Shown piece by piece: positions 26,449 to 32,000 of a stretch of 32,000 nucleotides of DNA. Each line of letters starts with the position of its first letter. The stretch's first letter is position 1. The position numbers and the translations under genes were made by a program. A model generated the notes under the pieces. The model was not told where the DNA came from. It saw only the letters and a program-made list of their open reading frames with translations, and did no database searches. The DNA is from Candidatus Saccharimonadota bacterium (GTDB lineage: Archaea; Nanobdellota; Nanobdellia; Pacearchaeales; GW2011-AR1). Location: the NCBI GenBank assembly GCA_049511795.1, contig JBEKXS010000002.1:30001-62000 (forward strand), read 5' to 3'.

Positions 26449-27018
26449 TTAATTTTCCTCAGTGTGTCCTTCTTCAGTTTTTTCCTCAGCTTCTTTTTCC
26501 TGTTTTTTCTGCTCTACATTAAAATAATCATAAAATTCATCGCTTAAGCTTAGCTCATGTGTATGCCCTTGCTTCTTTTTCTTGATAAGTCCTTGCTCTG
26601 AGAATTTTTTTATGTGGTCATATCCTTTGTTTCCCCTTATTTTTATTATGACAGACTGTTTTATTGGCTGCTTGAATGCAATTATCGCCAAAGTTTCCTG
26701 CTCTGCTTTTGTGAACTCACTGCTGCCTGTTGCAAGTTTGTTTATTATTCCTGAAAATTCCGGCTTGATATCCATTTTCCACATTTCATTCTTCTCCAAA
26801 ATTCGCAAGGCAGAACCCCTTTCTTCATATTCATCCTGGAGTTTTTCAATTGTTTCCCTTATTATTATAGGATTCATGTCAGAAAGCATGATAAGGTCCT
26901 TCATTCCTAAATATCTGCCAGAAACAAACAACACAGCTTCTACCATCTGCATTGCTTCCTTTTCCTTGCTTTCATCAATTTCCCTTTGTGTTTTGCTGGA
27001 AATATTTGGCGTTTCCAT
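26449..27018 (-). CDS. scpB: Segregation and condensation protein B (ScpB)
   Basis: Two winged-helix repeats: EAVLFVSGRYLGMKDLIML... and TKAEQETLAIIAFKQPIKQSVIIKIRG. I prefer the ATG at 27018; the track start at 27048 is a TTG. The stop lies 1 nt before the GT2 ATG. Confidence 0.75.
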   Translation of the reverse strand: METPNISSKTQREIDESKEKEAMQMVEAVLFVSGRYLGMKDLIMLSDMNPIIIRETIEKLQDEYEERGSALRILEKNEMWKMDIKPEFSGIINKLATGSSEFTKAEQETLAIIAFKQPIKQSVIIKIRGNKGYDHIKKFSEQGLIKKKKQGHTHELSLSDEFYDYFNVEQKKQEKEAEEKTEEGHTEEN

Positions 27019-27066
27019 ATGATTTATAGGTAAAATAAACCCCAACAAGTTTTAAACTTATTCGTT

Positions 27067-27675
27067 CTATCTTTTTTTAATTTTATCCATCAGATAAGAA
27101 AACAGGCTGTTTGTCAGGAAAACCATAAGAACCATTGCAGCAAACCAGAAAATCTGATAAAATATTCCTGTTATGTTCAGGAAATTTATGCATGACTTAA
27201 AGACGCAATTTACATTTGCAGATTGGTTTGTAAAAAACCATGACAATGCAAATATTCCAATTGCTTCAATGAAACTATATTTCCAAAGGTCTTTTTTATA
27301 ACTTCCAAAGAAATACAGGAAAACAAGCGTAATTGGAATCACATAAAGATGCTGAAGAGTTATAAAATTGCTTAATCTGTCTTTGCTGAAAAAGAAATAG
27401 TCTGTTATCCCCCACAAAGTTTTTCCTGTTATAAGATAATGATAAAAATCAATGTTCCAAACAAGAACAGGTATTGCCATTATGTTTACTTGCATGGCAA
27501 CAATGTCTGATTTTCTGTAAAACAATCCAAGGCCTATAAGAAGAACAGCTATATAGCAAAACCAAAGTGGTGAGGCAATTTCAGGATGAGCGAAAGCATT
27601 TGCAAATGCTAACAGTGAAAGAAATATCAAATAAAGACCAAATACTTTGCTTGCAACTCCTAATTTGTTTGCCAT
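27067..27675 (-). CDS. Polytopic membrane protein (hypothetical)
   Basis: About six hydrophobic helices, rich in aromatic residues. No family recognised. Confidence 0.5.
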   Translation of the reverse strand: MANKLGVASKVFGLYLIFLSLLAFANAFAHPEIASPLWFCYIAVLLIGLGLFYRKSDIVAMQVNIMAIPVLVWNIDFYHYLITGKTLWGITDYFFFSKDRLSNFITLQHLYVIPITLVFLYFFGSYKKDLWKYSFIEAIGIFALSWFFTNQSANVNCVFKSCINFLNITGIFYQIFWFAAMVLMVFLTNSLFSYLMDKIKKR

Positions 27676-27682
27676 TTAAAAT

Positions 27683-28774
27683 TTAACCAATTTTAAATCT
27701 TAAAACACAGCCAATTCCACCCATATTAAAAAATTGTTCACCTTCAGGTGTTTCTGTTGAAATAATCTGTACTTCAGAACCAATATCTCTTGCCAATTTT
27801 GAAAGTTCTTTTGACAATGGTTTTGCAATTTTCATGCTTAAATATAATGTTTCAACAGCGCCCATTTCCAAAGCTTTTCTTGCTTCCTCCTCTCCAAGAA
27901 TCGCTTTTCCAGGATCCTCACCAAGAACTCTGAAAAGAGATTCAACAATTTTTTTCTCTTTTGTCCTTTCATGATTTACTAAAAGAGTTTGTGATTTCTC
28001 CACAAGCTCACGCAAACCTGATTCAGAAGCATCGCCAATATCTATTTTACCCATGATTTTTTGCTGCAAGTTTCCTGTTAAATAATCTCCTTCAACAAAT
28101 TCGTCTTTGGTAGGTATTGGTCCACCAACTAAAATGCCTTTTAATTTAGGCATTGTGAAAAATATTGTTTTCATTTCTTCTGCAATTCTTTTATAAAAAT
28201 CTTTTGTTAGTCCTTCTGTAATTCTATGGAATCTTTGGCTACTCTGACCGCCAGCTCTTACTTTGCTTGGTATTCCAGAAGTCATTTTTTGAAGAGCTTC
28301 AATTCTTTTTCCTTCCAAAATTCCGATTGTTGCTTCTTTCCTGTCCATTACAAGCAATCCAAAAACTTCTGTAACTTCAAGCATTTCCTTCAATGGCTCC
28401 AAAATAAATTCCTTATCGCATCTGTACATTCTTGTTTTCACCTGCATAGGAGTTTCTATTTCCCAAAGCCTTAAGTCATCCTGGCCTTCAACCTTGGAAA
28501 TGTTTCCTGCAAAAAGAACCATTCCATTTTCAGGTGTTTTCTTGTGCTCTTTCAGCTGCCTTGTTATTTTGTCAAGCGCGTTTCCAACATTTTTTCTCGT
28601 GCTCGTTGATTTTATGTTTTTGGCAGTTGATTTTTCAGCTTCAAGCTGGTCAGCCACAGTGTAAATGTTCTGCCCGACAGGAATATACACAGATATCAGC
28701 TCTGTTGCCCTTCCTTTATACTGCTCCAGCTCTTCAACAAGCTCTGCAAGTTCATCTTTCGTCATTTGTGTCAT
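27683..28774 (-). CDS. prf1: Peptide chain release factor aRF1 (short form)
   Basis: NIKS motif (AKNIKSTSTR) and GGQ motif (RAGGQSSQRF). At 363 aa it is shorter than the roughly 410-420-aa aRF1 proteins I recall. The ATG lies 1 nt after the valS stop. Confidence 0.85.
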   Translation of the reverse strand: MTQMTKDELAELVEELEQYKGRATELISVYIPVGQNIYTVADQLEAEKSTAKNIKSTSTRKNVGNALDKITRQLKEHKKTPENGMVLFAGNISKVEGQDDLRLWEIETPMQVKTRMYRCDKEFILEPLKEMLEVTEVFGLLVMDRKEATIGILEGKRIEALQKMTSGIPSKVRAGGQSSQRFHRITEGLTKDFYKRIAEEMKTIFFTMPKLKGILVGGPIPTKDEFVEGDYLTGNLQQKIMGKIDIGDASESGLRELVEKSQTLLVNHERTKEKKIVESLFRVLGEDPGKAILGEEEARKALEMGAVETLYLSMKIAKPLSKELSKLARDIGSEVQIISTETPEGEQFFNMGGIGCVLRFKIG

Positions 28775-28775
28775 T

Positions 28776-31154
28776 TTAAATTAAATTATGGGTAGCCTTT
28801 AAATCTTTTTCAAACCGCTTTAATCTTTGCGGAATTTTTATTCCAGAAATCTTCTCCCTAAGACTTATTCCTTTCTCTTTCTTCTCTTTCCAAACCAGGC
28901 TGTTAAATTCCATCAAATCATCAATGAGCTTTAATTCAGATTTTCCTTTTTTTGGTTTTGGCCATTCCTTATTTAGTAAATCAATTCCATTCTCCATGCA
29001 AATTGTTGTAGTTACTTGAGGAATTATGGGATAAATCAAAAACAAAAATCTCTCAAGCAAGAAATGAAGTGTATACTTTGCGGAATCAGATTCTTCTTTC
29101 GTAAATTTCCTATCCTGATTGTAAGCTCTTGTTTTAATCATCTCAAGATAATGAGAGGCAAATATTTCCCAAAGAAAATTCTTGAGCTTTAATGCAGGGG
29201 TATAAAAATTGTATTTTTCATATTCTTTATCTGCAAGCTCTGTAATATTTTCAATATAATCTACAAATAATTTATCAAATTCAGTTAATTTTGCATTTTT
29301 TGGATTGTTAAATAGCATGACAAACTTTGAAACATTAAGTATTTTGTTCAATGTTTTCAATTCAGCATTTATTTTTTCTTCTGAGCACTTCAAGTCATTT
29401 TTTGAAAGGTCTCCTTCAGTAGCTGCCCACAATCTTATTGCTTCTGCGCCATATTTCTTCAAGAGGTCTTGCGGATCTATGATGTTACCTTTAGATTTTG
29501 ACATCTTGAATCCTTTTGCATCAACAATGTGCTGATGTATCCAGACATTTTCAAAAGGAGGTGTTTTAAAATCAATGAGATATCCGCGGAGCAGAGTGTA
29601 GTATAGCCATGTTCTTACAATTTCTTTTCCCTGTGGTCTTAATGTAGCAGGATATGCTTTTTTGAAAAATGAATCATCTTCTTTATACTTTAAAAGAACA
29701 AGTTCTGAAATTGAAGAGTCCATCCAAGTATCAAATACTCTTTCTTCGCCAATCCACTTTTCTTTTGAGAAATCTTTTACCTTGCCTATTTTCTTGCCAT
29801 TTTCATAAATTTCAAAGTTCTGATTTGGTTTTTGTTTCCAAGGTTCACAATAAGTATTTCCATCTGAAATTGCAATTTTCTTCCCTGATTTCCACAAAGG
29901 AATTGGTGTTGCATAGAATCTTCTTCTTGAAATAGGCCAATCTATTTTAAGAGAATCAATCCAATCAAAAAGTATTTTTCTGGATTCTTCTGGATAAAAG
30001 TCAATATTCTCTTTGCCTGCAAATTTCTTAAGATTGTTTTTGAATTCTACTTGTTTGATATAAAACTCAGGCATTTCAATAAACTCGACTTCTGCGCCAC
30101 TTCTTTCAGAAACCGGTGTTCTATGCACAATGTTTTCTTGTTTCTGTATAAGATTTTTCTCCTTGAGCAATTCAATAATTTTCTTTCTTGCCTCTTTGAC
30201 TTTTAGTCCCTTTAAAACTCCAGCATGTTCATTCATAGTTCCGTCTGCATTGATTGCAATTACTGGTTTCAGCCCTTCTTCCCTGAAAAACTGGATGTCT
30301 GACAAATCTCCTACAGAACACATCATCATAATTCCTGTTCCTTTTTCTTCAGCTGCCAAAGAATGTGATTTTATTTTTACTTCTTTCCCAAAAATAGGGC
30401 TTATTGCTGTTTTTCCGTTAAGTCCTTTATATCTAGCGTCATTTTGGTTAAATATGACCGCACCACAAGTGCATATCAATTCAGGCCTTGTTGTTCCGAT
30501 TATAATTTCTTTTCCTGTCTCCTTGATTTTCCATTTGACAAAGTTAAAAGTGCTTGGCAAATCTCTGTATTCTATTTCAGAATCAGCAATAGTGGTCTGC
30601 AGTTTAGGGTCCCAGTTGTTTATTCTAGTATCTTCATAGACTAATCCTTTTTTGAATAAATCAACAAATGTTGCCTGGGTTATTCTTCTATACTCTTCTG
30701 AATCTGTTAGATAAACAGAACCAATATTCTTGCTTTTTTTATATGAAGTAAAAGAAATTCCTAATTTAGCAAAAGTATCTTCTGTTTCAGTAGAAGTCCT
30801 TTCCAATATTTTCTTGCAGTATTCAATAAATTTTTCTCTTGGAATATGAAAAGGCGAGACCCCAAACTCTTTTTCAGCAGCCATTTCAATAGGAAGACCA
30901 TTCCTGTCTAGTCCCAAGGGGAAAATAACTTCAAAACCTCTCATTCTTCTATATCTTGCAAAAAAATCCATGTAGCAGTAAGTGACTGCTTGCCCTATAT
31001 GGATAGGTGCATTAACATAAGGAGGAGGGGTATCAATAGAGTATATCTTTTTTTTTGTTTTTTGGTCAAATTTGAACATCTCTGCTTTCTTCCACTTGTC
31101 CGTTATCTCTTTTTCCAGCTCAAGGTTCCAGTTTTTTATGTCCTTAAGTGCCAT
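28776..31154 (-). CDS. valS: Valyl-tRNA synthetase (class Ia)
   Basis: PPPYVNAPIHIGQ (the HIGH position reads HIGQ), GLDRNGLPIE, KMSKSKGN and YGAEAIRLW. The length and motif contexts fit ValRS better than Ile/LeuRS. Confidence 0.75.
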   Translation of the reverse strand: MALKDIKNWNLELEKEITDKWKKAEMFKFDQKTKKKIYSIDTPPPYVNAPIHIGQAVTYCYMDFFARYRRMRGFEVIFPLGLDRNGLPIEMAAEKEFGVSPFHIPREKFIEYCKKILERTSTETEDTFAKLGISFTSYKKSKNIGSVYLTDSEEYRRITQATFVDLFKKGLVYEDTRINNWDPKLQTTIADSEIEYRDLPSTFNFVKWKIKETGKEIIIGTTRPELICTCGAVIFNQNDARYKGLNGKTAISPIFGKEVKIKSHSLAAEEKGTGIMMMCSVGDLSDIQFFREEGLKPVIAINADGTMNEHAGVLKGLKVKEARKKIIELLKEKNLIQKQENIVHRTPVSERSGAEVEFIEMPEFYIKQVEFKNNLKKFAGKENIDFYPEESRKILFDWIDSLKIDWPISRRRFYATPIPLWKSGKKIAISDGNTYCEPWKQKPNQNFEIYENGKKIGKVKDFSKEKWIGEERVFDTWMDSSISELVLLKYKEDDSFFKKAYPATLRPQGKEIVRTWLYYTLLRGYLIDFKTPPFENVWIHQHIVDAKGFKMSKSKGNIIDPQDLLKKYGAEAIRLWAATEGDLSKNDLKCSEEKINAELKTLNKILNVSKFVMLFNNPKNAKLTEFDKLFVDYIENITELADKEYEKYNFYTPALKLKNFLWEIFASHYLEMIKTRAYNQDRKFTKEESDSAKYTLHFLLERFLFLIYPIIPQVTTTICMENGIDLLNKEWPKPKKGKSELKLIDDLMEFNSLVWKEKKEKGISLREKISGIKIPQRLKRFEKDLKATHNLI

Positions 31155-31175
31155 TAATATCTTTAATACAATAAC

Positions 31176-31183
31176 TTTTAAAA
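31176..31183. promoter_or_regulatory. Shared palindromic TATA box TTTTAAAA for divergent valS (ATG 31154) and Sec61-beta (ATG 31209)
   Basis: The centre at 31179.5 is 25.5 nt from the valS ATG and 29.5 nt from the Sec61-beta ATG. The intergenic region is 54 nt. Confidence 0.5.
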
Positions 31184-31208
31184 ACTATACCCTTCTTTTT
31201 ACATTATT

Positions 31209-31367
31209 ATGGCAGACGACAGAATACAGATGCCCGCTGGATTCGGCGGGTTAATGAGATTTGAAGAAGAATATGAGTCAAAGATAATGCTAAAACCAGC
31301 TCATGTAGTTGCATTTGTAGTTTTCATTCTTGTTTTCAGGATTGCACTAGGATTCTTGATTAAATAA
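31209..31367 (+). CDS. secG: Preprotein translocase subunit Sec61-beta (archaeal SecG), 52 aa, not in the ORF track
   Basis: My translation is MADDRIQMPAGFGGLMRFEEEYESKIMLKPAHVVAFVVFILVFRIALGFLIK*. The GL.R(F/Y) motif, the K(I/V)x(L/V)xP motif and the C-terminal TM anchor match archaeal Sec61-beta. Confidence 0.6.
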   Translation: MADDRIQMPAGFGGLMRFEEEYESKIMLKPAHVVAFVVFILVFRIALGFLIK

Positions 31368-31390
31368 ACAATAAATAAAATTTTAATAAA

Positions 31391-31738
31391 ATGTTTGGCG
31401 GATTAGGCGGTCTTGGTGGTGGATTAAACCCAAAAAAGATGCAGGCTATGATGAAACAGCTTGGCATGTCTCAGGAAGACATAGATGCTTCTCGTGTTGT
31501 GATAGAAAAAAATGACGGCAAAAGGCTTGTGATTGAAAATCCCTCTGTTGCAAAAATCTCCATGGGCGGGCAGGAAAGCTTCCAGATTTCAGGCGAGGCA
31601 AAAGAAGAATCTGGTTTTGAGATTTCAGATGAAGATGTAAAAACAGTCATGGAGAAAACAGGCGCAACAAAGGAAAAGGCAAGAAAAACTCTTGAAGAAA
31701 CAAGAGACATTGCAGATGCAATTCTAAAGTTAAGCTAA
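31391..31738 (+). CDS. nac: Nascent polypeptide-associated complex protein (NAC + UBA domains)
   Basis: MQAMMKQLGM..., the NAC beta-barrel VVIEKNDGKRLVIENPSVAKISMGGQESFQISG, and a C-terminal UBA-like DVKTVMEKTGATKEKARKTLEETRDIADAILKL. Confidence 0.85.
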   Translation: MFGGLGGLGGGLNPKKMQAMMKQLGMSQEDIDASRVVIEKNDGKRLVIENPSVAKISMGGQESFQISGEAKEESGFEISDEDVKTVMEKTGATKEKARKTLEETRDIADAILKLS

Positions 31739-31800
31739 TGATTCTGGTATGTATTTTAAACCACCAATAATCATATTAATTTGGCAATCTTCTTTAAACA

Positions 31801-32000
31801 ATGGAAAAATTCCTTGAAAGTCTTGAGGAAGCTGAAAAAACCATGAAGACTCTTGATCACATGGTTTATGTGACTTTTCCTCTTATAAAAGATAAAAGGC
31901 TTCTTTTGAAAGTCATTCAGGAAATAAAAAAATCAGTTACAGACTGCATAACGGCAATTCTGCAGTTTGAATATCTTTTCAAACGTGTGAATTTGTCAAG
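31801..32000 (+). CDS. Hypothetical protein, 5' part (runs off the window)
   Basis: ATG at 31801, with the frame open to the window end (MEKFLESLEEAEKTMKTLDHMVYVTFPLIKDKRLL...). No family recognised. Confidence 0.3.
   Translation, partial: MEKFLESLEEAEKTMKTLDHMVYVTFPLIKDKRLLLKVIQEIKKSVTDCITAILQFEYLFKRVNLS

Noticed and set aside
26582-27022. Long ORFs antisense to real genes. Examples are 26582-27022 opposite scpB, 30130-30639 opposite valS, 8281-8802 opposite the NOP2-like gene, 13723-13995 opposite cdc48 and 2342-2551 opposite trm5.
   Set aside because: Each lies wholly inside a well-supported gene on the other strand. Their products are low-complexity Phe/Ser/Leu-rich sequences with no motifs. 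None has the TATA-at-25.5 geometry. They are the expected by-product of purine-rich sense codons.

Overview
AT-rich, very compact archaeal chromosomal segment. The archaeal call rests on the gene set: TFS, RpoL, aMBF1, aRF1, NAC, Sec61-beta, FEN1, family-B polymerase, RFC-L, RadB, Nre and CDC48. A DPANN-type reduced genome is my inference from the low GC, the tiny intergenic gaps and the trimmed domain architectures. I can support 41 protein-coding genes and one tRNA-Lys(CUU). Three of the coding genes fall below the 60-aa ORF-track cutoff and I read them directly from the sequence. Content is mostly information processing: replication/repair (rfcL, fen, polB, topA, nre, radB, scpB), transcription (tfs, rpoL, mbf1), translation and RNA modification (valS, aRF1, map, trm5, NOP2-like, NIP7-like, nac) and protein handling (cdc48, signal peptidase, Sec61-beta). 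I see no rRNA, CRISPR array, transposase, integrase or recognisable defence system. I did not find an unambiguous novel multi-gene system. The best candidates are: (1) a zinc-ribbon/AbrB-like protein plus a 43-aa ORF translationally coupled to an unusually elaborated cdc48, preceded by the window's only long, structured intergenic region; (2) a strict leaderless promoter geometry, with an 8-nt TATA box centred 25.5 nt upstream of the ATG, including palindromic TATA boxes shared by divergent genes; (3) a processive QxxRW-type GT2 synthase with a membrane-anchored partner; (4) a SemiSWEET-like gene coupled to a membrane-anchored methyltransferase. All family assignments come from motif recognition by eye and need HMM or structure confirmation.
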